DNA of 64,000 nt. Source: Candidatus Omnitrophota bacterium (GTDB lineage: Bacteria; Omnitrophota; Omnitrophia; Omnitrophales; Aquincolibacteriaceae). The position numbers and the translations under genes are program-made. Every line of letters starts with the position of its first letter. Position 1 is the stretch's first letter. The notes under the pieces were generated by a model. That model was not told the DNA's origin. It was given only the letters and a program-made list of their open reading frames with translations, and did no database searches. Positions 55,005-64,000 of this stretch are shown in pieces. The stretch covers positions 11,314 through 75,313 of the forward strand of contig JAUYMS010000041.1 in assembly GCA_030698625.1 (NCBI GenBank), in the 5' to 3' direction.

Positions 55005-56026
55005 GTTCTTAAACCCTCGTCTTCCTCGAACCCCATTCGAATGTTCATGTTTTGCACTGCCTGCCCCGAGGCCCCCTTGATAAGATTATCGATTGCCGTT
55101 ATGACAATAACCCGGCCGGCTCGGAGATCCACGTTATAACCGATATCGCAGAAGTTCGTGCCCCTGACATCGGCCAGGGCCGGAAACACGTTTTCGCCCC
55201 GCACCCGCACGAACGGCTCCGCAGCATAGGCCTCTTTATACGCCTCCTTGATGACATTTGCCCGGACCTTCTTCTTCAGATCGAGGTAGATCGTGCTCAG
55301 AATCCCTCTTTGCACGGGCAACAGATGCGGCACGAAATTCACCCTCACCCCGTTGCCGGCAACATCCGAGAGAACCTGTTCGATCTCAGGAGTATGTTGA
55401 TGCCTATTCACACGATAAGCGTAAAAATTTTCATTGACCTCACAGAACTGTGTTGCCGTAGTCGGTTTCCTTCCCGCGCCACTCACACCCGATTTCGAAT
55501 CGATAATGATCGACTCCCGCTCAATCAGATCCTTGCCGAGAAGCGGCGCAATCCCGAGAATGGCACCCGTCGGGTAGCAGCCCGGATTCGCAATGAGATC
55601 CGCCTTCTGGATATGTTTTCGGTTTAATTCCGGCAGGCCATAAACGGCTTCTTTGAGCAAATGGACGGCTCGGTGTTTCTTCTGATACCATTTTTCATAA
55701 ACATTCGGACTCTTGATACGAAAATCCGCCGAAAGATCGATGACCGTCTTACCGGCTCTGCGCAAACGAGCCGCGGTAGACATAGCCTCCGTATGGGGCA
55801 GACAGAGAAATGCAACATCCACGTTCCTTTTAATGCGGTCGAATGAAAAGGGCCGCACCTGCAACCCAATGTCCTCCGGGAGTCCGGGCACGAGCGTACG
55901 AACGGAAAAGGGCTGAGTCTTGCGAGTCGTCAGTTCCGTGAGATTTACGCCCGAATGCCGCAGAAGTATTTTAATTAATTCAATTCCCGTATAGCCGGTA
56001 GCACCGACTACGCCGCAACGTATCAT
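54998..56026 (-). CDS. argC: N-acetyl-gamma-glutamyl-phosphate reductase.
   Basis: VGATGYTG Rossmann motif with the catalytic Cys in GCYPTG. Confidence 0.9.
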   Translation of the reverse strand: MIRCGVVGATGYTGIELIKILLRHSGVNLTELTTRKTQPFSVRTLVPGLPEDIGLQVRPFSFDRIKRNVDVAFLCLPHTEAMSTAARLRRAGKTVIDLSADFRIKSPNVYEKWYQKKHRAVHLLKEAVYGLPELNRKHIQKADLIANPGCYPTGAILGIAPLLGKDLIERESIIIDSKSGVSGAGRKPTTATQFCEVNENFYAYRVNRHQHTPEIEQVLSDVAGNGVRVNFVPHLLPVQRGILSTIYLDLKKKVRANVIKEAYKEAYAAEPFVRVRGENVFPALADVRGTNFCDIGYNVDLRAGRVIVITAIDNLIKGASGQAVQNMNIRMGFEEDEGLRTW

Positions 56027-56166
56027 TTTTCTTGAAACTCCCTAGGTTCCAGTTCCAGCTGTGGAGATTCGGTGATTATAAAAAATGCGCCTATCCATTG
56101 TCAATTTAATAAGTTACGCTGTTTTTTTATTGACTTTTTACCCACAAGAATCTACCCTGAGGGTCC

Positions 56167-56901
56167 ATGGCCCCAAAAAACACACCGTCTATCGCCATAA
56201 ATGCCAAGAAAGCCCTTAAGATCCGCTTCAACAAGAACGCCCTTCTGGAGGCCGCTCTCACCCACCCTTCATACCGTAACGAAAACCGCTGCCCGAAACT
56301 TGATAATTTCGACCGCATGGAGTTCTTCGGTGATGCCGTTCTCAACTACATCATCTGCCGGAAACTCTACACGCTCTTTCCGGACGCGGACGAAGGGCAG
56401 CTAAGCCGTCTCCGTTCCACGCTTGTCTCCAGAAGAATTCTCTCGCGCATCGCAAAAGATCTGGGCCTAGCCAATGTGATGCTGCTCGGTAAAAGTCTCA
56501 GACGCCAATCCGCCAGCGTAAAGTCCAAAGTCCTTGCCGACACGTTCGAAGCGGTCATTGCCGCTGTCTACCTCGACCAGGGTTTAGCGCGCGTCCAAAA
56601 GTTTATCTTAGACCATTTTACGGGCTACTTCGATGCCAAGCGCCTGCTCAGACTCGACCCCAATCCAAAAAGTCTTCTCCAGGAAATATGCCAAAAACAC
56701 TGGCAGAAGCTTCCTCAATACGCCCGCAGCCAGGGCACTCGCGGCATTAAAACTGAGATTCGAGTTCGACCGGGAGTTAACATTCTTGCCTGGGGAAGGA
56801 CTCGTCGTGCTTCGGAAGAAAAGGCGGCACGGCTTTTAATCCGAAAAATTCGTCAGAGATTTTCGCGGCCTTTGAAGAAAAGCTCTTCCGGCAAGAAGTG
56901 A
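56167..56901 (+). CDS. rnc: Ribonuclease III.
   Basis: RNase III signature ERMEFFGDAV plus a dsRBD. Confidence 0.9.
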   Translation: MAPKNTPSIAINAKKALKIRFNKNALLEAALTHPSYRNENRCPKLDNFDRMEFFGDAVLNYIICRKLYTLFPDADEGQLSRLRSTLVSRRILSRIAKDLGLANVMLLGKSLRRQSASVKSKVLADTFEAVIAAVYLDQGLARVQKFILDHFTGYFDAKRLLRLDPNPKSLLQEICQKHWQKLPQYARSQGTRGIKTEIRVRPGVNILAWGRTRRASEEKAARLLIRKIRQRFSRPLKKSSSGKK

Positions 56902-59369
56902 CCAAAGCTTTGGCGCGAACGTTCCGCCAATAGCGTTTTCATAAGACCCGGTACGATAGCGGGGTCGACTTTCAAGTCCGGATTTCCAAGCGGTCCGGAT
57001 AATAGTAACGGGATGGGGCCAAAAGCTTCCGCCTCGGAAGCCTTCCAATTCATTGCGGCGTCTTCAAAAATCTGCTTCGCCAATGATGATTCCAGATAGA
57101 CGCGCAATCCAAAATTGAGCATCCCATCCAAGGTCAACTCACCCTCGGCCTGAGCCCAGGCATCGTCAGAAACAAGGACAAGCTCCTCAGTCAACACCTT
57201 GCCGCCCTTGAGAAAGAATCGGGCCGTAACGTCGTGAAACGGGGTCGTCCCTGAAGAGTAGGTTGTAGCGCTGCGCAATTCCGGGACATTGCCAATGGCA
57301 TCCAAAACATCAAAGGTGTAAAATTCACCGTTCGTGAGCGTGAAGGCGCCCTCTCCGAGAAGATGCTCTCTCCACTCAACGGGTCTGGTCCCCTGTCCGG
57401 TAAACGACATATCTAAGAAGAAATTTCCGTCAAGAACGCGCTTGGGTGCATCGCGTCGCCCGAGAAATCTCGCAAAGCTCAATCGGTTGATCGTCGAATG
57501 GGCCCAATAAATCGGGATCTCAGATGTCAAATCGAGCTCCCCTTGGACATCCACGTCACCATCATACGCATTAAACTTCAGCTCAGAAATCTTCCAGATG
57601 CGATCTTCGTATTCCAAAGCAAGTTCAAGATTTTGACACTGCGTCCCCTCCGGAAAACCATCCAGAAGAAATGTCTCTAACTCGCGACTTTCCAAAAAGC
57701 CTGCCCGTCCCCACCAGCCGTGAACAACATTTTTGGCAGCCTTGAGCACACGCACCGGTTCTAGTGATGGAGATTTTAGAGTTAATTTTGCCTTGCGGTC
57801 CCCTGCAATGCCGTAGACCGCTAAATCGAGCGCGATCGGCGCGCCGCCGATTTCAAACCGCGTGTCATTTAGTTCCAAGACAACGGAGCCAAAATCCAAG
57901 GCCATATTGACGTCCCGCACCCCCTCGCCATCCTGAGTGAGCACGTCAACGTTCTCTAGAGTCACATTCATCATCGTTTTTGTCTCATTGAGATTCGCCA
58001 ACTTTCCCTCGAAGTTTGCAAGAACCTTGCCCTTGCCCCTCACTTGATAATCTGCGATGGGAGGAACAAGTGCCTGCCAACCCGCCAGAGAGAACTTGTT
58101 CGTAATAATATTGAGCTGTCCCATACCGGTTTTCATATCAAAGTTCTTCAGCGAGCCTTTCATCGTAACTTCCTTAAGGCGAACGGAAAAATCACCTGTG
58201 AGGACACTGCCCTCTTTAAGGATCGTCTCAAACGAAACGTTTAACGGGAAATCTTTCGGCTTTGAAAAATACCGGGAGTACGTCAACAGCGTCGGAGACA
58301 AATCCCAATGCGCATGCATGGACAAGTGCCCGGGCGTTCCCTCAAGCGTCATTTCCAACTGACTCTGCCCCGAAAAACCGATGTTATAAGGAATGACCCG
58401 CTGGAGACCGATCCAGTACTTAGGGATCATCTCAAGAGCGACGTTGGACGCCGTCACCGTCAACGCCTGTATTTCTCGGGTCCCTAAATGGATATTACCG
58501 TAAGCTTCGAACAGACCGAGCTGTGAGGTTACACTGGCTGATTCTATCAACAAGCTTTCGGCCTTTGGATCCCAAGTCAGCTGCGCCGCTCCCTCAAAGT
58601 CAATCGGCTGAGAGAGCAGGGATTTTTCTCCCCGCCGCAATCCATAGATCCATTGCTTCGCGTCCACCTCAACGGTACCCTTTGTTTCGGTTTCACGGGA
58701 TATCTTACGAAACCCAAAATCAGCCGACACGGTTCCCTCTAAAACTTCCATGTAAGCGCTCATGGGTTTTCTCGAAAAAACAAAAGCTGCCGGTAAATCA
58801 TTAACGGCAGCCTGAAAATCGAACGCAATCTCCGTCCAATCCCATTTCGAGGATTGACCGACGCTTAAAAAACCGCGCAAACTAAAACTTCCGGGAACGT
58901 CCGCCAGATCCCCCTTGACCTGAACCTTCATCCTTGGCCCGAACCGGAGGGGTTCCACAGTAACGCTCAAATTCCTTACGATAATATCCTCGTTGTCTGC
59001 CGGATCACTCGGCCTCAGACGAAGTTCGCCGCCGCGCACAGAAACTCCCGCAACTCCGCCGTGATCGCCCCACGCCGACCGTAGCGAAAAAACCACCGCC
59101 GCCTCCGGAGCTGTCAGCTCGGCGCCTTTAATACCAGGCAGCTTAAGCATCGGCAGATTCAGCTTGATGTCCTTGATAACCGCCAGAGGCTTCGGGGAGC
59201 GGGAAATATGCCACTCCCCCACCTGCATTGAACCACGAGTGATCTTCTCAATGGCTTGGAATATATGCCCCTCAACCACATCGGGCTTGATGAAGAGCGG
59301 GAACAGTAAATAAAGAGCTGCTGCGAGGACGAAGACTGCAGTTGTTATAGAAATAATGAGGCGTTTCAT
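56853..59369 (-). CDS. AsmA-like large membrane-anchored protein (outer-membrane assembly/lipid transport family).
   Basis: An N-terminal TM anchor, then a long beta-rich periplasmic region. Family assignment is tentative. Confidence 0.5.
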   Translation of the reverse strand: MKRLIISITTAVFVLAAALYLLFPLFIKPDVVEGHIFQAIEKITRGSMQVGEWHISRSPKPLAVIKDIKLNLPMLKLPGIKGAELTAPEAAVVFSLRSAWGDHGGVAGVSVRGGELRLRPSDPADNEDIIVRNLSVTVEPLRFGPRMKVQVKGDLADVPGSFSLRGFLSVGQSSKWDWTEIAFDFQAAVNDLPAAFVFSRKPMSAYMEVLEGTVSADFGFRKISRETETKGTVEVDAKQWIYGLRRGEKSLLSQPIDFEGAAQLTWDPKAESLLIESASVTSQLGLFEAYGNIHLGTREIQALTVTASNVALEMIPKYWIGLQRVIPYNIGFSGQSQLEMTLEGTPGHLSMHAHWDLSPTLLTYSRYFSKPKDFPLNVSFETILKEGSVLTGDFSVRLKEVTMKGSLKNFDMKTGMGQLNIITNKFSLAGWQALVPPIADYQVRGKGKVLANFEGKLANLNETKTMMNVTLENVDVLTQDGEGVRDVNMALDFGSVVLELNDTRFEIGGAPIALDLAVYGIAGDRKAKLTLKSPSLEPVRVLKAAKNVVHGWWGRAGFLESRELETFLLDGFPEGTQCQNLELALEYEDRIWKISELKFNAYDGDVDVQGELDLTSEIPIYWAHSTINRLSFARFLGRRDAPKRVLDGNFFLDMSFTGQGTRPVEWREHLLGEGAFTLTNGEFYTFDVLDAIGNVPELRSATTYSSGTTPFHDVTARFFLKGGKVLTEELVLVSDDAWAQAEGELTLDGMLNFGLRVYLESSLAKQIFEDAAMNWKASEAEAFGPIPLLLSGPLGNPDLKVDPAIVPGLMKTLLAERSRQSFGHFLPEELFFKGRENL

Positions 59370-59545
59370 TAAGTTAATGAGTCTAGCATTTTCGCTAAAG
59401 GTTGTCTAACGAAGAGCTTCTTAGTAGGAACCCGACGAGGTCGATCCGAGAGGAGAGTAGTTGTAATCCTCGAGAAAACCCTGGCAACCCGCAGCGAGAA
59501 CGGCGAGCACGACAACCAGGAAAACACCAGCAATTGTTTTTTTCA

Positions 59546-59938
59546 TTAACGCTTGGTGTATTGAAAGCGCTTGCGCGCGCCTTTTTGTCCGTACTTCTTA
59601 CGCTCTTTGCTACGGGGATCGCGAGTCAACAATCCATTGCGGCGTAGAATCGACCGCAAGGTGTCATTGTACTTCAGGAGAGCACGCGCAATACCTAGGC
59701 TCACAGCACCTGCCTGGCCCGCTTTACCGCCGCCATTGACGAGAGCACGCACGCCGAACTGTCCCTCAACCTGGGCTGCCTTCATGGCCCGCTCAACGAG
59801 CTCCTTGAGGTTACTGCGTTGAAGATATTCCATCACACCTTGACCATTGATATTAAAGCCCTTCTGGCCCTGAGAAATCCAAACGCGAGCAATCGCTTGC
59901 TTGCGGCGTCCGGTCGCGTAGAATCTATTTTCTGCCAT
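59546..59938 (-). CDS. rpsI: 30S ribosomal protein S9.
   Basis: 130 aa ending in ...KYGQKGARKRFQYTKR. Confidence 0.95.
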   Translation of the reverse strand: MAENRFYATGRRKQAIARVWISQGQKGFNINGQGVMEYLQRSNLKELVERAMKAAQVEGQFGVRALVNGGGKAGQAGAVSLGIARALLKYNDTLRSILRRNGLLTRDPRSKERKKYGQKGARKRFQYTKR

Positions 59939-59943
59939 AATCG

Positions 59944-60372
59944 CTATACCTCTAGGAGTTCGGGTTTTTGCGCCTTTTGACCGTGTTCGGCCCCGGCATA
60001 AACACGAAGACGGGTCAACATCTTCCGCCCTAATTTATTCTTGGGAAGCATTCGAGAAACCGCCCGCAAAATGATTTCTTCAGGCTTACGCTCTTGCAAC
60101 CACTCAAAATTATAAGTTCTAAGACCACCCGGGTAGCCGGTATAGTGCTTGTATATCTTCTGGTCCCGCTTCCGGCCCGTAACATGAATTTTGGATGCAT
60201 TGACCACGACCACCGCATCCCCTGACCATTGATCCTTGCAAAATACCGCCTTATCCTTGCCAATAAGGACCCTGGCAACTCGCGTGGCCAGACGCCCAAG
60301 CGTTTTGGCAGAGGCGTCTACCAAATAGGTTTTTCTCGCAAAGTCTTTCTCTACAGGTAAATAGGTCTTCAT
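59944..60372 (-). CDS. rplM: 50S ribosomal protein L13.
   Basis: 142 aa with typical L13 sequence. Confidence 0.95.
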   Translation of the reverse strand: MKTYLPVEKDFARKTYLVDASAKTLGRLATRVARVLIGKDKAVFCKDQWSGDAVVVVNASKIHVTGRKRDQKIYKHYTGYPGGLRTYNFEWLQERKPEEIILRAVSRMLPKNKLGRKMLTRLRVYAGAEHGQKAQKPELLEV

Positions 60373-60440
60373 AGGTTCCTTCCAAAAAGAGTCCGAATTG
60401 TACCAAATCAGGACACCAGTGTCAATTACGAGCTTTGTGC

Positions 60441-61187
60441 CTAATATTTGACCTTCACCAGCGCCAAGCCCTCGGCAGGGCTCCCCGCCGGTGCCTTTCG
60501 ACGGTCTTTAGACCTTAATAGAGCCCGAATATCCCCGGGATTCAGCTTCCCCCTGCCCACCGCGACCAGGGCCCCAACAAGATTCCGCACCATTTGGTAC
60601 AGAAAGCCGTCGGCTTCAAAACGCAGGCGAACGAGCTCGCCCACTCGGCGAATCTCCAGGCGCTTCAAGGTGCGCACTGTCGATTTCGGTTCGGAGCCTT
60701 TACCCCGGGCGTTTCCAAAGGACCGAAAATCATGCCGCCCCACCAACAACCTCGCCGCGCGCCGCATTGCCACAAGGTTTAATGGCTGCGGCACATGGTA
60801 GCTTCGATATTTTCTGAGCGGCGATCTAACGGGTTCATTCCAAATGCTGTATTCATAAATCTTGGAAACGGCACTGTACCGAGCGTGAAAATCGGGGGCG
60901 ACCTCGTCGACCGCCGTCACCGCGATCTCGGCCGGCAGTATTCCGTTAAGCGCCCGTTGCATCTCGGCAAGTTCCCGCAGGGATTGGGTCTTGAAATTAA
61001 CCACCTGTCCGTGCGCGTGAACGCCTGTGTCCGTGCGCCCGCTTGCAGCTGCGATTTTTGTCTTGCGATTCAGAAGCTTGGAAAGGGCTTTCTCGAGCGA
61101 TTCCTGAATGCTGATATGATGCGGTTGCTTTTGAAAACCATAAAAAGAGGCGCCGTCGTATTCTAGAGTGAGCTTGATGTTTCGCAT
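60441..61187 (-). CDS. truA: tRNA pseudouridine(38-40) synthase.
   Basis: Catalytic Asp in GRTDTGVHA. Confidence 0.9.
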   Translation of the reverse strand: MRNIKLTLEYDGASFYGFQKQPHHISIQESLEKALSKLLNRKTKIAAASGRTDTGVHAHGQVVNFKTQSLRELAEMQRALNGILPAEIAVTAVDEVAPDFHARYSAVSKIYEYSIWNEPVRSPLRKYRSYHVPQPLNLVAMRRAARLLVGRHDFRSFGNARGKGSEPKSTVRTLKRLEIRRVGELVRLRFEADGFLYQMVRNLVGALVAVGRGKLNPGDIRALLRSKDRRKAPAGSPAEGLALVKVKY

Positions 61188-61193
61188 AGACCG

Positions 61194-62198
61194 CTAGGCC
61201 GGGAACAGAACCTCTGCAATCTGTACCGCGTTCAGAGCCGCTCCTTTGCGTAATTGATCTCCGCTCACAAAGAGCGCCAACCCGTGTTCAATGCTTGGGT
61301 CAATACGAATACGTCCTGCCAGAACATCGTCTTTACCGGATGCATCGAGAGGCATGGGGAAATAATTCCGCTCCGGTTCATCCACCAAACTCACGCCGGG
61401 GGCCTGGCTGAGGGCCTCACGCGCGGCAGCAACACTGACGTCATGTTCAAACTCAACAAAGAGTGCTTCGGAATGGGCTCGAAATACGGGCACGCGCACC
61501 GTCGTCGCCACAACTCGAATGCTCTGGTCGTGAAAAATCTTACGCGTCTCATTCATCATCTTGGTCTCTTCCTCGCAAAATCCCTCTTTGCCAATCGCAC
61601 TATTGTGCGAGAAAAGGTTGAAGGCAATCTGATGCGGAAACACTTCCACGGTTGGCTTTTTTCCGTCTAGCACCTGCTTGGACTGGGCCTGAAGCTCCTG
61701 CATGGCCCTTGCCCCGGCACCGCTGGCAGATTGGTAGGTCGCTACCACGATCCGCCGGATCCTGGCCAAACGATGCAGGGGAAATAGGGGCACGAGCATG
61801 ATGATCGTAGAACAGTTCGGATTTGCGATGATGCCTTTGTGTTTATGAATATCTTCAGCGTTAATCTCCGGAATAACCAGCGGCACCTCCGGATCCATGC
61901 GAAATGCGCTCGTATTGTCTACCACGACGGCACCGGCTTTTACCGCATGCGGAGCCAACTCACGGCTCACCGATCCGCCCGCGCTCGACAAGACAAGATC
62001 CATTCCTGCAAACGAATCCGGCTTTGCCTGCTCAACCTTGTAATCCTTATTACGGAAGCGTATTTTTTTACCGGCCGACCGGGTCGAACCCAACACCTTG
62101 AGTTCGGAGACGGGGAAATTGCGTTCGGCAAGGATACTCAAAAGCTCCTGACCGACAGCACCGGATGCACCCAATATAGCGACTTTAACCTGTTTCAT
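61194..62198 (-). CDS. asd: Aspartate-semialdehyde dehydrogenase.
   Basis: VAILGASGAVG plus the active-site NPNCSTI. Confidence 0.9.
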   Translation of the reverse strand: MKQVKVAILGASGAVGQELLSILAERNFPVSELKVLGSTRSAGKKIRFRNKDYKVEQAKPDSFAGMDLVLSSAGGSVSRELAPHAVKAGAVVVDNTSAFRMDPEVPLVIPEINAEDIHKHKGIIANPNCSTIIMLVPLFPLHRLARIRRIVVATYQSASGAGARAMQELQAQSKQVLDGKKPTVEVFPHQIAFNLFSHNSAIGKEGFCEEETKMMNETRKIFHDQSIRVVATTVRVPVFRAHSEALFVEFEHDVSVAAAREALSQAPGVSLVDEPERNYFPMPLDASGKDDVLAGRIRIDPSIEHGLALFVSGDQLRKGAALNAVQIAEVLFPA

Positions 62199-62200
62199 GA

Positions 62201-63274
62201 TTATGCAATACGCTCCACGATCAGGTCTCCCATTTCGGAACAGCCGACCTGCCGCATACCCTCCTGGTAAATATCCGCCGAGCGAAAACCATCACCCAAT
62301 GTCTTCTCCACGGCGTTTTCAACACTCTGACTTAATTCTAAAAGATTAAAACTGTGCTCCATCATCATGGCAACGGAAAGAATCGAAGCTAAGGGATTCG
62401 CAATATCCTTGCCGGCTATGTCGGGAGCAGATCCGTGCACGGGTTCATACAGCGCGCAGTGATCCCCAACGGAAGCAGAAGCCAGCATGCCTATAGATCC
62501 CGTGAGCATAGCAGCTTCGTCGCTCAGGATATCTCCAAACATATTATTGGTGAGGATAACATCAAACTGCTTGGGCTCGCGAATCAGCTGCATCGCGCAG
62601 TCATCGACGTAACGGTGATCCAACGTCACGTCCGGGTACCGCTTATGGACCTCTTCGACAACTTTGCGCCAAAGCTGGCTCGACTCCAGGACATTCGCCT
62701 TGTCGACAGATGTGAGGCGGCGCTTTCTGCGGCGGGCACACTCAAAAGCTTTTTCTGCAATACGCTCGATCTCAGGGGTTGTGTAAACCTCTGTATTAAT
62801 TCCCTGCTCGCCGCGTCCGTCGGGCAATACGAAGATACCGCGAGGCTCCCCGAAATAAATCCCTCCGGTCAACTCACGGACAATTACGAAATCAATACCG
62901 CTTACGATCTCTTCTTTGAGGGTCGACTTTTTCGCCAGATCACCGAATACACGAACCGGCCGCAGATTCGCGTACGCCCCGAGTTCTCGGCGTAAACTCA
63001 AGAGGCCCTTTTCGGGCCGCTTTGACGATTCCAGGCCGTCCCATTTAGGACCGCCTACCGCACCCAAAAAAACGGCATCGGACTCCTTCGCCTGCTTAAG
63101 GGCCTCGGGGGTTACGGGAACACCGTGCTTGTCGATCGATACGCCGCCTATTAAGGCCTCTTCGATTTCGAATACGAGATGATGCTTCTCGCCCAGCTTG
63201 CGAACGACTTTAATTGCCTGTTCGGCAACCTCGACACCTATTCCATCTCCGCGAAAGACTGTGATTCGATACAT
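62201..63274 (-). CDS. leuB: 3-isopropylmalate dehydrogenase (isocitrate/isopropylmalate dehydrogenase family).
   Basis: Family signature [25 protein letters not shown]. Confidence 0.85.
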   Translation of the reverse strand: MYRITVFRGDGIGVEVAEQAIKVVRKLGEKHHLVFEIEEALIGGVSIDKHGVPVTPEALKQAKESDAVFLGAVGGPKWDGLESSKRPEKGLLSLRRELGAYANLRPVRVFGDLAKKSTLKEEIVSGIDFVIVRELTGGIYFGEPRGIFVLPDGRGEQGINTEVYTTPEIERIAEKAFECARRRKRRLTSVDKANVLESSQLWRKVVEEVHKRYPDVTLDHRYVDDCAMQLIREPKQFDVILTNNMFGDILSDEAAMLTGSIGMLASASVGDHCALYEPVHGSAPDIAGKDIANPLASILSVAMMMEHSFNLLELSQSVENAVEKTLGDGFRSADIYQEGMRQVGCSEMGDLIVERIA

Positions 63275-63284
63275 GCATATATCC

Positions 63285-63989
63285 TTACGACTTTATCCTT
63301 AGTCCCTCTTGCGGACTCGAGGCCGAAGCGTATTCCTTGACCGGAATGCGTCCAGCGGCAAATGCCTTGCTCCCTGAGGAAACAGCTTCCTTCATGGCCG
63401 CAGCCATGAGCACGGGGTCGCGGGCTTGCGCAATCGCCGTATTCATGAGAACACCGTCGGCGCCTAGTTCCATACAGATACTGGCATCCGAAGCCGTCCC
63501 GACGCCTGCGTCGACGATGACAGGGCAGGATACTGCCTCCATGATAAATCTGAGATTCAGCGGGTTTTGTATCCCGCGGCCGGACCCGATCGGTGCCGCG
63601 AGGGGCATCACACAGGCGGCCCCTGCATCTTCGAGCCTTTTAGCCATAATAGGGTCATCGTTGGTGTACGGCATAACCGTAAAACCTTCTTTCACGAGAA
63701 TTTTTGTCGCTTCCAAAAGTCCCAGCGTATCGGGCAGCAATGTCTTCGCGTCTCCGAGCACTTCTAGTTTAACCAAGTCTCCGATACCGGCGGCACGCGC
63801 CAGACGCGCAATACGCAGGGCATCTTCAACGCAATAAGCACCTGCGGTGTTCGGAAGAATCGTGTATTTGTCTCGGTCAATAAAATCCAACAATGTCTTT
63901 TCACGGGGATTGTCCAGATTCACCCGTCCGACCGCAACCGTAATCATGTCCGCACCGGAAGCCTCAAGGGCACGCACCATAATTTCCAT
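63285..63989 (-). CDS. thiG: Thiazole synthase.
   Basis: ThiG TIM-barrel sequence (VMPYTNDDP..., PIGSGRGI). Confidence 0.85.
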   Translation of the reverse strand: MEIMVRALEASGADMITVAVGRVNLDNPREKTLLDFIDRDKYTILPNTAGAYCVEDALRIARLARAAGIGDLVKLEVLGDAKTLLPDTLGLLEATKILVKEGFTVMPYTNDDPIMAKRLEDAGAACVMPLAAPIGSGRGIQNPLNLRFIMEAVSCPVIVDAGVGTASDASICMELGADGVLMNTAIAQARDPVLMAAAMKEAVSSGSKAFAAGRIPVKEYASASSPQEGLRIKS

Positions 63990-64000
63990 GGTTTCGTATT

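Noticed and set aside
54246-55139. 297-aa plus-strand ORF spanning argJ and argC.
   Set aside because: It is antisense to two conserved arg genes. Its His/Arg-rich translation is typical of a shadow frame.
56027-56166. ARG box upstream of argC (TGTCAATTTAATAAG).
   Set aside because: The match to TnTGAATwwwwATTCAnw is too weak, with a single half-site at best.

Overview
This is a 64-kb bacterial chromosomal segment, moderate-to-high GC by eye, in which almost every gene lies on the minus strand. Roughly the last 40 kb is conserved housekeeping:
- hrcA-grpE-dnaJ, an FtsH-like protease and uvrA
- a giant outer-membrane protein pair downstream of dapB
- dapF-dapA-dapB, a transporter, lysA, and a complete arginine operon (argH, argG, argF, argD, argB, argJ, argC)
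- rnc, an AsmA-like protein, rpsI-rplM, truA, asd, leuB and thiG

Roughly the first 24 kb is accessory-like:
- A partial AbiEi-like antitoxin gene sits at the window edge.
- Two paralogous cassettes each encode a LacI-family repressor followed by a large secreted protein made of three tandem ~115-aa modules. Each cassette carries perfect 14-16-bp LacI-type palindromic operators whose central core differs between the paralogs.
- A cupredoxin/FTR1 iron-uptake pair follows.
- A minus-strand operon encodes a GH5-like hydrolase, a caspase-domain (peptidase C14) lipoprotein, an S4-domain RNA-binding protein and ArfB.
- A run of co-oriented genes encodes a family-6 UDG-like glycosylase, PpnP, a PD-(D/E)xK-like plus winged-helix protein, a PAP2 phosphatase, an ArnT-like glycosyltransferase and an MFS transporter.
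- A tRNA-Pro(GGG) with its terminator is followed by a small islet holding a HepT/MNT toxin-antitoxin pair, an unknown gene split by a single in-frame TAG, and a third LacI paralog that lacks the HTH domain.

No CRISPR array, transposase or integrase was seen. No phylum assignment is attempted.
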